This document shows positions 8,495 to 18,833 of a stretch of 64,000 bases of DNA, piece by piece (position 1 is the stretch's first letter; every line of letters begins with the position of its first letter). The position numbers and the translations under genes are program-made. The stretch spans positions 229,406-293,405 of the forward strand of contig CAYGLK010000002.1 of the NCBI GenBank assembly GCA_964350985.1. Reading direction: 5' to 3'. Source of the stretch: an uncultured Candidatus Saccharibacteria bacterium. Its GTDB lineage: Bacteria > Patescibacteriota > Minisyncoccia > Phycocordibacterales > UBA918. The notes beneath the pieces were generated by a model. It saw nothing but the letters and a program-made list of their open reading frames with translations. It made no database searches and was not told the origin of the DNA.

Positions 8495-10624
8495 ATGCAA
8501 AGAAAAATTTTTAAAACTGAATTTGGTAACAAAACTTTAACAGCTGAATTCAATGACTTGGCTACTCACACCAATGGATCCGTGATGCTAAGTTATGGAG
8601 AAACAGTTGTGTTAGTCACTGCTGTCATGGGGAAGTCAGAAACCAACCTACCTTACTTTCCACTGTCTGTAGAATTTGAAGAAAAGTTTTATGCAGCTGG
8701 AGAAATTTTAGGCAGTCGCTTTATGCGTCGGGAGGGGAGACCGAGTGACGAGGCGGTACTTTCAGCTAGAATTGTTGATCGAACTATCCGGCCACTTTTT
8801 CCAACTCACTTAAAAATTGATGTACAAATTGTAGTATCAGTATTAGCTATTGGCGAAGACGATCCTGATCTCCTTGGCGTCATTGGTGCTTCGTTAGCGT
8901 TAGGTGTTTCAGACATACCTTGGGACGCACCTGTCAGTGCTGTAAGACTGGCTAAGAAAATTGGTGACTCGGAAATTTTAATCAATCCAAATTATGCCAC
9001 TCGCCCGGCAGATGGTCTTGATATCGAAATCCTAGCTTGTGGTAAAGATGGGAAAATTAACATGATCGAAACTGCTTCAAAAGAAGTAGCTGAAGCTGAT
9101 GTGATGGAGCTACTCCAGAAAGCCACCGAACTACATGCTGCCTTACAAGATTTTCAAGAAAAAATAATTAAAGAGCTTGGTAAGCCAAAAAGAGAGTTCG
9201 TCATTCCTGTAGCATCACCAAGCCTACTAGACTTCTACCAAACAACCTTTGCAGCCAGATTGCGTGAAACCTTATTTTCAAAGACTGCCGGTAAAGATCA
9301 TATCTATGAACTCAAAAATGTATTTTTAGCTGAGGTAAGTGTGTTAGCTGAAACAGATTCAACTATCGATAAAAAGCTAGCTGCTGATTTTTACGAAGAA
9401 ATGGTTGATCAGGAGTTGCATAAAGGGGCGGTGGAAGAAAATTTGAGGGCTGACGGCCGAAAACTAGACGAGGTTCGCCCTCTTTATGCTCAGGCAGGTG
9501 GTATCTCACCGGTGTTACACGGTTCTGGTATTTTCTATCGTGGAGGAACGCGTATATTTTCAGCCTTAACTCTTGGTGGACCAGAAGCTGCCTTACTGGT
9601 TGATACGATTGAGGAACATAATACAAAAAAACGCTTTATGCACCACTACAACTTTCCACCATTTTCTGTTGGGGAGACTGGGCGCGTTGGAGGTTTTAAC
9701 CGACGGATGATCGGCCATGGAACTTTGGCTGAAAAAGCTTTAGCTCCGGTTATTCCACAAACGACTGACTTTCCATACACAATTCGTTTAGTGTCAGAAA
9801 CAATGTCTAGTAACGGATCAAGTTCAATGGGTTCTGTTTGCGCTTCTTCTCTTGCCCTAATGGACGGAGGAGTTCCAATCACTCGAGCTGTCGCCGGTAT
9901 CGCTTCTGGAGTAATGATCGTGGAAGATAAATATGCACTTTTAACTGACATCCAAGGACCAGAAGATGAGTTTGGTGATATGGATTTTAAAGTTGCTGGA
10001 ACAAAAGAGGGAATCACTGCTATCCAAATGGACGTAAAGGTTAGTGGTATTGATCTAAATATTTTAAAGGAAGCTTTAGACAAAGCAAAAGCAGCACGTC
10101 TGGAGATCCTCGAAGTGATGAACAAAGAGATTAGTGTTTCACGGGCAGATATCTCACCGAGGGCTCCAGAAATTATTTCTCTTAAAATCCTACCTGAGCA
10201 GATTGGATTAGTTATCGGTGGAGGAGGTAAGATGATCAAGAGTATTAAAGAAGAAACTGGTGTGGAAGAAATTACTATTGAAGACGACGGAAGTGTTTTT
10301 ATCTCTGGTAAGAACGGTACGGCCAAAGCTGCTTTTGATAAAATCAGCGGTATCACAAGAACTTATAGCGTTGGTGAGAAGGTAATGGCTACTATTACAA
10401 AAGTTGCTGCCTTCGGAGCTTTTGCCAAACTAGACCCATACAATGAGGGATTAATTCATATTTCTGAAATCGCTCCCTTTCATCTTGAAAGTCTAGACGG
10501 TGTTTTCACTATCGGTGAAACAATACCTGTCGTAGTTAGTAAAATTGAAATGGGTAAGATCGGTTTATCAATTAAAAAAGCTGACCCAGAATTTGCCACT
10601 AAAAGAAACCTATTAAAGCCTTAA
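8495..10624 (+). CDS. pnp: polynucleotide phosphorylase
   Basis: 709 aa with two RNase PH-like domains, a KH domain and a C-terminal S1 domain ('GLIHISEIA'). Lies in rpsO-pnp synteny. Confidence 0.95.
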   Translation: MQRKIFKTEFGNKTLTAEFNDLATHTNGSVMLSYGETVVLVTAVMGKSETNLPYFPLSVEFEEKFYAAGEILGSRFMRREGRPSDEAVLSARIVDRTIRPLFPTHLKIDVQIVVSVLAIGEDDPDLLGVIGASLALGVSDIPWDAPVSAVRLAKKIGDSEILINPNYATRPADGLDIEILACGKDGKINMIETASKEVAEADVMELLQKATELHAALQDFQEKIIKELGKPKREFVIPVASPSLLDFYQTTFAARLRETLFSKTAGKDHIYELKNVFLAEVSVLAETDSTIDKKLAADFYEEMVDQELHKGAVEENLRADGRKLDEVRPLYAQAGGISPVLHGSGIFYRGGTRIFSALTLGGPEAALLVDTIEEHNTKKRFMHHYNFPPFSVGETGRVGGFNRRMIGHGTLAEKALAPVIPQTTDFPYTIRLVSETMSSNGSSSMGSVCASSLALMDGGVPITRAVAGIASGVMIVEDKYALLTDIQGPEDEFGDMDFKVAGTKEGITAIQMDVKVSGIDLNILKEALDKAKAARLEILEVMNKEISVSRADISPRAPEIISLKILPEQIGLVIGGGGKMIKSIKEETGVEEITIEDDGSVFISGKNGTAKAAFDKISGITRTYSVGEKVMATITKVAAFGAFAKLDPYNEGLIHISEIAPFHLESLDGVFTIGETIPVVVSKIEMGKIGLSIKKADPEFATKRNLLKP

Positions 10625-10676
10625 AAGCCACAGTAAGAGGGTCACAAACAGCTGAATTCGTGCGATACTATTAGGA

Positions 10677-12335
10677 ATGGATACTCAGGATCCGGCAGTT
10701 AAAAAAATACCGGCGCTTCGTACTTACGCAAAAGATTTAGAGTATACCCGCACCGAGAAAAAATTACCTCTTCACCATCAGAGTGAAGTTAATGTCGAAA
10801 GATCTAGCGCTCCTAAAAAACCACCGATAAGAAAGGTGATAGAAAATATCACCGAAGAAAAGGCCAGAGATCTAAAGTCAGAGGTTTCTTCCCCAATTAA
10901 ACAACTGAAGAAAAACGATCCGATAAAAATCTCAGCCATCGAGACAAAGAATACTGCTTTTATTGCAAACAATGATGACGCGGGTTCGGCGACAATTATT
11001 ACCGATACAAAGAAGGATCGTTTCAAACTATTCCCAGCGATCCTTAGTTCGCTTACCAGCTGGTTTAGCACTAAGAAAAAAGACCGAAAGAGAAAAGCAG
11101 TTCCTAAGTATAGTGTTCCTGACAGCAGTCACCGGAAGGGAGTGATTCAAAGAGCTACTTCGACAACCGGCAAATCTGTCTCTTCTGATTTTTCATCAAT
11201 ACACGAAAGAATCAGACAGAGAGCTGAGCCTGAAGAAAAACATGAACTACATAAGATTTGGACTCCTGATACTGAGCCGGGATATTTGCTATTGGAAGAA
11301 CCAGAAATTTACTCAGAATCAAATGTCGGTAACGTTCAAATAACTCCGCGTAAGAGTGTCTTGACTGAAATAGAATATGAGCCAGAGGAAGAAGAAGTAG
11401 AAGTATGGGGAGAGCCGGAAGCTTCTCCAGAAACAAAACCAGAAGTGCAAAACTATCCGGTCGCAGAACAAGAAGTAACTCCAGTTACAGAACAACCTGA
11501 TGCTGTCACCCAAGTTAATGTTAAGTCTGCTAAAGAAAAAATAACTCAGTCTCCAGCTCAAGAAAAGGTAGTAACTAAGGAGCCAATAATTGCTCCACCT
11601 GATCGACAGATAATTCCACCAATAAGAAAACGCGTAAGTAGACCTGGCTTTTTGGAGCAAGTTAAAATACTAGCTCTTGATACCAATACTTTGGCTGTAT
11701 TTATTTCATCATTTATTTTGGTGTTAATAATTATTGTGTTTGCTGTAAATTATTTCCTTGATCCTAATCGTGCAGCTGTAGCAACAGTTGCAGATCCTGA
11801 AACAATCTCACTCTTACAAAATACAAGAGTCGAATTGGTAGCAGCTAATAATCCTAACGTTGATATCTTAAGGACCCTACAAAGTCCTGAAATACAAACT
11901 TCAGGTTTTAGACAAATAGTCTTTGTTGAAAACTTAATCACAAATCAACTCTTATCACCAAGTATTATATTTAATAGTCTTGATGTACCGCTGGAGGCAA
12001 ATTTATTACAGTCAATCAGAGATGTCCGTTTTGGTTTTACAAAAGACAACCAGCCTTATATCCTGCTTAGAATTAGCGACTTTGAAGTGGCGAAAGGGGG
12101 ACTGTTACTCTGGGAAGAATCTATTTACGAAAATATAAATAATATTTTTGGACTAACAGCTGCGCCACTTAGCAACTTAGCTAAGTTCTCAGATTCAGCT
12201 TTCAGTGGAAGAGATGTTCGTATATTAAAAAATGACAATAACAATGAACTACTACTTTACGGAATCGTAGACCAAACCGTTATTATTACGAAGAACAGTA
12301 TCGGTTTCAGAGAGTTATCAATTTTAATTAAATAA
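10677..12335 (+). CDS. hypothetical membrane-anchored protein
   Basis: 552 aa. The N-terminal half is low-complexity with E/P-rich stretches. One central TM helix. No known domain. Confidence 0.4.
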   Translation: MDTQDPAVKKIPALRTYAKDLEYTRTEKKLPLHHQSEVNVERSSAPKKPPIRKVIENITEEKARDLKSEVSSPIKQLKKNDPIKISAIETKNTAFIANNDDAGSATIITDTKKDRFKLFPAILSSLTSWFSTKKKDRKRKAVPKYSVPDSSHRKGVIQRATSTTGKSVSSDFSSIHERIRQRAEPEEKHELHKIWTPDTEPGYLLLEEPEIYSESNVGNVQITPRKSVLTEIEYEPEEEEVEVWGEPEASPETKPEVQNYPVAEQEVTPVTEQPDAVTQVNVKSAKEKITQSPAQEKVVTKEPIIAPPDRQIIPPIRKRVSRPGFLEQVKILALDTNTLAVFISSFILVLIIIVFAVNYFLDPNRAAVATVADPETISLLQNTRVELVAANNPNVDILRTLQSPEIQTSGFRQIVFVENLITNQLLSPSIIFNSLDVPLEANLLQSIRDVRFGFTKDNQPYILLRISDFEVAKGGLLLWEESIYENINNIFGLTAAPLSNLAKFSDSAFSGRDVRILKNDNNNELLLYGIVDQTVIITKNSIGFRELSILIK

Positions 12336-12337
12336 TT

Positions 12338-12715
12338 ATGTTAGATACAAAATTTTACAAAGAAAAATTAGAAGCACGTTTAGTTGAACTAGTAGCGGAA
12401 TTAAAAACGATTGGACATTACGATACTGAGGGAGATAACTGGGAAGCTGTTCCTGATTTAGAATTTAATGCCGCTGAGGCAGATGACAACAGTAACGCAG
12501 ACAACGTTGAAGAATGGAATGAAAGACGGGCGACCCTTGAAGCTTTAGAAAAAGATTATCACAATGTCAAAAGGGCTTTGCAAAAAATCGAAATAGGTAA
12601 TTATGGCATCTGCGAAATTGCTGGAGAACCAATTGAGGAAAGTCGCCTAAATTTTATACCCGAAGCTAGAACTTGCATAAAGCATAAAGACGAGGAGGGA
12701 ACCTTGGCTTTATAA
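12338..12715 (+). CDS. DksA/TraR-family-like protein
   Basis: Coiled-coil N-terminus and a C-terminal 'CEIAGEPIEESRLNFIPEARTC' zinc-finger-like tail. Confidence 0.45.
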   Translation: MLDTKFYKEKLEARLVELVAELKTIGHYDTEGDNWEAVPDLEFNAAEADDNSNADNVEEWNERRATLEALEKDYHNVKRALQKIEIGNYGICEIAGEPIEESRLNFIPEARTCIKHKDEEGTLAL

Positions 12716-12717
12716 AC

Positions 12718-13659
12718 ATGAGCATCGCTTTAGTCTACACAATCCAACCCCATGTACTATCCGGAAGTGTTGTCAGAATTGAAGCTGATTTATCTAGAGG
12801 GCTCCATTCTTTTTCTATTGTTGGCTTAGCTGGTAAAGCTATAGAGGAATCCAAAGATCGTATCAGTAGTGCTATCAAACATTCTGGTTTTGAGTCACCA
12901 AAAAGTAAAAACCAAAAGATCACCATCTCTCTTTCTCCGGCTGATTTGAAGAAAGAGGGTCCACTTTTTGATCTACCGATTGCTCTAGCCTATCTAGATG
13001 CAGCCGGAGAAATTTCAATTCCTGAAGATACAATTTTTGTTGGGGAACTAGGCCTAGACGGAGACCTAAGGGCAGTTAGAGGAGTTTTAAATATTGTGAC
13101 AGCCGCCAAAGAAAGTGGTTACTCAAAAATAATAGTTCCAGGAGCAAACGCAGCCGAAGCAGCCTTGGTTGAAGGAATTGACGTCTATGCTGCTAAAAAT
13201 CTAAATGAAGTTATTTGTCACTTAAGTCCTTCCAGACCAGATTTTAAATTACTCACTATTGAGCCATTAACTCAAGTTGATGAAAATAACTGGACTGAAG
13301 GTACTGTAGTTCTTGAGGATATCAAAGGACAGGAAAGTGCTAAGCGAGCACTAGTTATTGCTGCCGCTGGTAGACATAATGTTATCTTGGTTGGTCCGCC
13401 AGGAACAGGGAAGACGATGTTGGCTAGAGCTTTCCAGGGCATTCTGCCACCCTTATCGAGAAGTGATACTTTGGCCGTCACTGCGATTCACTCAATCAGT
13501 GGGCAAGAAATATCTCTAAGTACCAAGCCACCTTTTCGTACTCCGCACCACACTGCTTCACACACCGCTTTAGTCGGAGGTGGAACTAACCCTAAACCAG
13601 GAGAGGTCACTTTGGCACATAAAGGAGTCTTGTTTATAAAGTGTGTCCCACAAAACTAA
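12718..13659 (+). pseudogene. comM: comM/yifB Mg-chelatase-like AAA ATPase, N-terminal part, interrupted by the integrated element
   Basis: Lon-like N-domain plus AAA Walker A 'GPPGTGKT'. It ends '...GEVTLAHKGVLFIKCVPQN*' just before the conserved LDELPEF block. Confidence 0.85.
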
Positions 13660-13660
13660 T
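13621..13660. repeat. attL-like junction (comM side TCTTGTTTAT / element arm AAAGTGTGTCCCACAAAAC)
   Basis: The comM frame diverges here. The element-side arm is the inverted complement of the arm at the right junction. Confidence 0.6.
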
Positions 13661-13661
13661 T

Positions 13662-14036
13662 TTACGGATTACAGTTTAAATACCTGTATGCACGAGGACC
13701 ATCGCCAAAAGCCATTGTGATTTTCTTGTTCATATACTTATCTCGCACCTCTTTAGGTGCAATTTTGCCTTCGAATTCCCATTTTGTAGGTTCAAACTTA
13801 TTTTTTTTCCAGCTATCTATAATAAATACACCCTTGACTCTATTCTGGTAAATAGCCAGTGCGTATTCTGCCAAATCTCTTGACTCCCAATTATTGCCGA
13901 CATCCCATGCTTGTTTGGCTATATCATAAATAGTATTCTCATCTCCGTCCATATATGGCTTATAGGTTTGAGCGATACTCACCAGAATCACCCTATCTTC
14001 TATGTCTTCCATCCTAATTTCTGTGAGAGCTTCCAT
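13662..14036 (-). CDS. hypothetical protein (element cargo)
   Basis: 124 aa, no recognisable motif. Its stop lies 2 nt from the comM' stop. Confidence 0.45.
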   Translation of the reverse strand: MEALTEIRMEDIEDRVILVSIAQTYKPYMDGDENTIYDIAKQAWDVGNNWESRDLAEYALAIYQNRVKGVFIIDSWKKNKFEPTKWEFEGKIAPKEVRDKYMNKKITMAFGDGPRAYRYLNCNP

Positions 14037-14223
14037 ATTTTCATTGTAGCAATCATCTAGAACAAAGTCATTTAAGAATACGCTACAATCATTAGAATGG
14101 TTTCAAAACTAAGAGCATCAATAATTATAGTAATTGTAGGTATAGTGTCTTTCTGGCTAGGAATGCAGGCTGTGATTCAAGTTCCTTGTGATTGTATTTC
14201 TAGGTTTGCACTGCTATAGAGTT

Positions 14224-14895
14224 TTAGTCGACCCTTTCTTTTTCGACGAAGTGTAAATAGTCCATAATGCCGTATCCCTTCAGATGTTCATAAGGGTTAC
14301 AGAATCTGTACCACGGTTCAGAGTGATGCCATACACCATCTTCACGCTCCTCTTTTACCGATTGTGAATCAGTTAATTTCTTCGGAGGAAGAAACTTCTT
14401 ATTATCTTTTACTAGAAATATATAATAGTGCACTTTTCCATTTTCTGTTGGTACGATCCGTGCATTTAAAATTCCTTCTTTAACCCACTTAGTTTGAGTA
14501 GCTTTCTTTATCCCGAATCTACTTTCTAACTCGTAAGGACTATAACGATTGTCACTTGTCTTAGCAATTGAACCAGGAATTTTTCGTTTATCTATAGCTT
14601 TCTGGCATGTAATACACTTGATGCCCCATTTGTCATACCAGTTAGTATCCTCTCTTGTTGCAGAACCACATACTGCACAGTTACGACCATTGCCGGGTAG
14701 AGCAAAACCCTTTGGTTCTTTTTCTAATCTTCTGTCCCATCCGTCTTTATCCATCTGACCCTTCATAACAATCTCAAAGAGACCAACGAGTCTACGTCCA
14801 GATTCTGCTGCTTCTTCCCATGACACTTCTTTACCACTTTCTTTTTCCATCAAGTCTTTGAACTCCTGAATACTTTTATCAGATAGTTGAGCCAT
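14224..14895 (-). CDS. hypothetical zinc-ribbon protein (element cargo)
   Basis: 223 aa with 'CAVCGS...(17)...CITCQ' CxxC-CxxC. Confidence 0.5.
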   Translation of the reverse strand: MAQLSDKSIQEFKDLMEKESGKEVSWEEAAESGRRLVGLFEIVMKGQMDKDGWDRRLEKEPKGFALPGNGRNCAVCGSATREDTNWYDKWGIKCITCQKAIDKRKIPGSIAKTSDNRYSPYELESRFGIKKATQTKWVKEGILNARIVPTENGKVHYYIFLVKDNKKFLPPKKLTDSQSVKEEREDGVWHHSEPWYRFCNPYEHLKGYGIMDYLHFVEKERVD

Positions 14896-15129
14896 AGCAT
14901 TTATTTAAAACTTTTAAATAAACTCCACGTTGTTACTAATAGTATAACCTTATTGATGTGGGACATTATCTACAAAACATGTCTCTCTAAAACGATAATC
15001 AAGTATTAATCTTCTTGTTAACCTCTAATAACCTTTTTAAAAAAGGTACGGAGTGAATAAATAGAAACCTTTTCTAGGACAGGTACTAAAACACCTGTCT
15101 TACTAAATGTCCCTAAAAGCAAATATGCT

Positions 15130-16710
15130 TTACTCTGTAATGTTATTTTCAACATGTAACACTTTCTTTAATGTTACATTATATCCATATCCAACAAGTC
15201 TTCGCTTTGCATTACGTAAACTAACCTTACTAAAAAACGGTAAACTTAAGTCTTCGGTACTGTTGCTAATAATCGCATACACTATTTCATACTCGGGTGT
15301 AATTGGACGAGCTTTTGAGTCAGCCAGTTTATGACTATCTGGTAGTTTAGTATTTAATTTTTCTCTAAATGCTTCGTCACTAACAAAGAGTTCCCCAGAA
15401 ACAACACCTTGAGTAAACAGATGGCTAAGAACACTAGAGCCACCATATCTTTTTACATGAATTAGTTTTTTGTCAGCAGTTAATACGTCACAGAATTCAA
15501 TACTGCTATGACCTCCACCGTAGGTGACTAGTTGTCCATCCATACAACATGAACCTGTAAGGGTAGCTACTGCATGCGAATTGTAGTCACCCTCGTTTTT
15601 AAATTCACAGTCTGGCATGGTAACAGAAGATTCAGTCATGTTCTGAAAGTCAATTTCAACTGCTTGAGAAAAGCTATCTGCTATTTCATACCACTTACTA
15701 TTATTTAGGATGTAGAGCTTATTGTTTAATCTGCACTCAGCATATAGACACTGATATGCAGACCATGAATGCAATGTGTCATCTGTAGAAGCTGAAATTG
15801 CAAAAATACGAGAATGTTTTAATTCATCTAAACTTGGACTCCTTTCTAGTTCCGATAGATATGTTGGCACATCCAAGTCATCATGTAGCTCAGCCTGCTT
15901 TGCTCTAAGATATTTAAAACCACTAATGTCAGTCCAATCTACAACTTCTGGTACAGCCATCCAAATATTGTCTATTTCTTCGTTGCCAATTTTGACTACT
16001 AGCTCATCATTTAACTGGCTCTGAATTGCCTTGTCCCGAACTTCGGCAATTTGGTCAATCCAATCAAAGTCACGTTTATAGTCCTCACTCTTATAACGAG
16101 TGTAGCTGTGCTTTAAAAAATCTTGTATATCGTTTACGTCTGTCTTAACAGAAGCATATAAGGCATCTTTTCCAGATACAGTTTTTCCAAAATGTACGTC
16201 ACGTGATTTCCCAGTAACAGAACTAATTAAGTCTTGTTCAATATCAATGCCAAATTCAAAAGGACTTACATCCTTACTCATTTGTTCTCGACTATGTTTT
16301 GGTATTGACCCAAGAGTTGTTTTATCAATACTTCTGAAACCACTTATATCAACTGAATTCAAAACTATTTTTAAACCAAACCGTTCTTCTATTACACCCT
16401 CTTTAATCATATGCCGACCAAACCCGAATGTCACAACAAAGAATCGGACACCATCTATTGTTTCGATAGATGTTACAAAAATACCTCGTGCACTCGATGT
16501 AAATATATTTTGATTATCTAGAGTTTGTCCAAAGAAGTTTTCTATCCAGTCAGGTCTACTTGGGTGTGACTCTTCAAACACAAAAAACCCTTGGTCGTTT
16601 ATCGCGACAGGTTGTTGTGTGCTTTCAACTATATCTTCCAAGTCTGTAATGCCCGCTTTTACTAGGTACACACTTAGTCGATTAGTCTTTGGTTCTACAC
16701 TGGTGGGCAT
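15130..16710 (-). CDS. large hypothetical protein (element cargo)
   Basis: 526 aa with no Walker or nuclease motifs seen. The size and N-terminus 'LSVYLVKAGITDLEDIV' vaguely recall the sporadically distributed TIGR04141/DUF6119 family. This is unverified. Confidence 0.5.
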   Translation of the reverse strand: MPTSVEPKTNRLSVYLVKAGITDLEDIVESTQQPVAINDQGFFVFEESHPSRPDWIENFFGQTLDNQNIFTSSARGIFVTSIETIDGVRFFVVTFGFGRHMIKEGVIEERFGLKIVLNSVDISGFRSIDKTTLGSIPKHSREQMSKDVSPFEFGIDIEQDLISSVTGKSRDVHFGKTVSGKDALYASVKTDVNDIQDFLKHSYTRYKSEDYKRDFDWIDQIAEVRDKAIQSQLNDELVVKIGNEEIDNIWMAVPEVVDWTDISGFKYLRAKQAELHDDLDVPTYLSELERSPSLDELKHSRIFAISASTDDTLHSWSAYQCLYAECRLNNKLYILNNSKWYEIADSFSQAVEIDFQNMTESSVTMPDCEFKNEGDYNSHAVATLTGSCCMDGQLVTYGGGHSSIEFCDVLTADKKLIHVKRYGGSSVLSHLFTQGVVSGELFVSDEAFREKLNTKLPDSHKLADSKARPITPEYEIVYAIISNSTEDLSLPFFSKVSLRNAKRRLVGYGYNVTLKKVLHVENNITE

Positions 16711-16837
16711 GTAATTAAACTACTCCTATTTCGAGTTCAATTCAAGCAGTTCAGTTTAGGCTTTACTTTATTGTTGTAGTGCGAGCTGGCTAGCCATGTC
16801 ATTGCTAGCTTTTATATTACTAATAAACATGAGGATT

Positions 16838-18613
16838 TTATTTTTTGTTGTACATACCAGGATTGTTTCTTAGTAAGTGAGCACTCCGTTGTTTCTCACT
16901 CAGTGTTTTAACGTGCAATATTAGTCTCATTTGACCGTTATTTGAGACTTCTGCTGGAGCTTCAGTAGGTACACTAGTTTTAGTTGGGAACTTAAATACC
17001 ACTTCTGCAAAGTTACTTTTGTGATGAAGTGTAATTCGTTCAATAAACAATCGGAGTATGTATTGCTTTTGCTCGTACGCGACATTGTCTAACTTACCAC
17101 TCAGTGTCTTAAACATTTCAGAGATAACCACGTCTCTATTCTTTTGTTCCTTTTTCTTTAAAAGAGTCTGGGATAGCTTTTGCTTTTGTATTTCCAGTTC
17201 TTTTTGTCGAGTGCGTTTTTCTTTCATCATTGACTCATAATCAGCCTGGCTTATGCCCATGTCAGTGAATGCTTTGACGATTCGTTGTTGTTGCTCTTTG
17301 TTTGTTTTGATTTGAGTATCAAGCCCAGTTATCTTCTTTACGGTTTTAGCTTCATTAGAATTTTTGAATGTATACTCTTCTAACTGAGGAATGGTGTTTG
17401 TTGGGTCCTTAAGGATTGAGACTAGCGTATCCCATATAGGTAATAACCTAGTTTCAGCACATTGCCCATGAACGTCATTCTGTTGACACTCGTCATTGGT
17501 TCTGTCGAGCGGTGCAACGTACGCATGATAGTACTTACCTAATGTTGGTGTTTTTAAGTCCTTCTTTGGTTTTTGATAACCACTTTGTAATTTACGACCA
17601 GTGTACCCAGAGTAAAGTAGTCCAGAAAAAAGATAAATTCTTTTTGCATTCCGTTTCTGCATGACTCGATTTTGTGTCAGTTGTTCAATGGCTTTTTCAA
17701 ACATATCACGAGTAATGATTGACGGTACATGTAACTCAATATGTTCACTTTTAGGTCGCTGGTGCTCTTTGTTTTCAATAGCATCGAGATACTTGAACGG
17801 TCGTTTATACTTGTTGTAGTAAAATGTGCCCGTGTACACCTCGTTTACTAAGAAACGATTAATTGTTCGTTTGTACCATTTTCCATTACGGATTTCATCT
17901 TTTGGTTCTTTGCCCTTTTCAGACTTGTGTGCGGGAGTGGGTAAGTTTAGTTCTATCGCTTTTCGAGTGATTTCACGAAGTGAACATTTTTCATAAACTA
18001 GCCACTCGTAGAACTGCTTGATTACCTCGGCTTCTTCTGGATGAAGAACTAATGTTTTAGTTTTTTTATCTATTCTATATCCATACGGTGGTACACCCGT
18101 TACCCACTTACCCTCACTAGCGGCACGTAATTTTCCACCCATCATTCTTTCTGCTATGAGTCTTCTTTCGTGATGGGCAAATGAAGCAATCATATGAAAC
18201 ATCAATTCACCATTTGAAGTTTCAGTTTCAAAATTTTCGGTAGCTGATTTAAAAGCAATACCATATTCTTTTAGTTGTTCTACTGCACCAATGACTTGTT
18301 TAAGATTGCGTGAAAATCTATCTAATCTGTAAACTAGCACGAGTTCAAATTCCTTTTTTTTAGCGGCTTCAAATAATTCATTCAGAGCAGGTCTACTTTT
18401 AATCGGCAGATTCCCAGAAAACCCACCGTCACAGTAAACATGGTTTTTATCCAGTTTAAAAGAGTGTGCCTCACACAAACGAGTAAGCATTTCCTCTTGT
18501 GATTTCAAGCTGTTACCGTGCTTAGCTTGCTCATCAGTAGAAACACGCAAATAGATTGCGACTTGTTTATTATTTACTATCGTTGGATAGGTTGTTTCAG
18601 TCAGTGTATTCAT
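16838..18613 (-). CDS. large serine recombinase (integrase)
   Basis: N-terminal resolvase catalytic motif 'VAIYLRVSTDEQ' with the Ser nucleophile. 591 aa with a recombinase domain, a Cys-containing zinc-ribbon region and a coiled-coil C-terminus. Confidence 0.85.
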   Translation of the reverse strand: MNTLTETTYPTIVNNKQVAIYLRVSTDEQAKHGNSLKSQEEMLTRLCEAHSFKLDKNHVYCDGGFSGNLPIKSRPALNELFEAAKKKEFELVLVYRLDRFSRNLKQVIGAVEQLKEYGIAFKSATENFETETSNGELMFHMIASFAHHERRLIAERMMGGKLRAASEGKWVTGVPPYGYRIDKKTKTLVLHPEEAEVIKQFYEWLVYEKCSLREITRKAIELNLPTPAHKSEKGKEPKDEIRNGKWYKRTINRFLVNEVYTGTFYYNKYKRPFKYLDAIENKEHQRPKSEHIELHVPSIITRDMFEKAIEQLTQNRVMQKRNAKRIYLFSGLLYSGYTGRKLQSGYQKPKKDLKTPTLGKYYHAYVAPLDRTNDECQQNDVHGQCAETRLLPIWDTLVSILKDPTNTIPQLEEYTFKNSNEAKTVKKITGLDTQIKTNKEQQQRIVKAFTDMGISQADYESMMKEKRTRQKELEIQKQKLSQTLLKKKEQKNRDVVISEMFKTLSGKLDNVAYEQKQYILRLFIERITLHHKSNFAEVVFKFPTKTSVPTEAPAEVSNNGQMRLILHVKTLSEKQRSAHLLRNNPGMYNKK

Positions 18614-18770
18614 TGTTAATTTTCCCTAAAGTGATTTTAACCATTCCCTCAGAATCATCAGTTGTGAACTCAGTACCCTCAGGCAATTCCATTTCGCTAA
18701 GGATTCTATGGGGCTGGTCACTATCGTGAACAGCTTCTTTTAATTTTTTAAGTGTGTGTCTTTTATTCAT
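18597..18770 (-). CDS. small ORF (57 aa) overlapping the integrase start; possible directionality factor or regulator
   Basis: ATG at 18770 (cat on + strand). 'MNKRHTLKKLKEAVHD...' ends with TGA overlapping the int start. Below the ORF-track size cutoff. Confidence 0.25.
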   Translation of the reverse strand: MNKRHTLKKLKEAVHDSDQPHRILSEMELPEGTEFTTDDSEGMVKITLGKINNEYTD

Positions 18771-18833
18771 AAGCCAAATAATTGTTACTCTATTGGCTAT
18801 TGAATATGGTGCGTCAGCTATGTAAAGGTAGTT

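Noticed and set aside
9646-10356. 236-aa ORF on the minus strand inside pnp
   Set aside because: It lies wholly antisense to the well-supported PNPase gene. It is a typical shadow ORF.
15107-15334. 75-aa + strand ORF overlapping the end of the 526-aa cargo gene
   Set aside because: It is antisense to a much longer, well-formed ORF and has no independent support.
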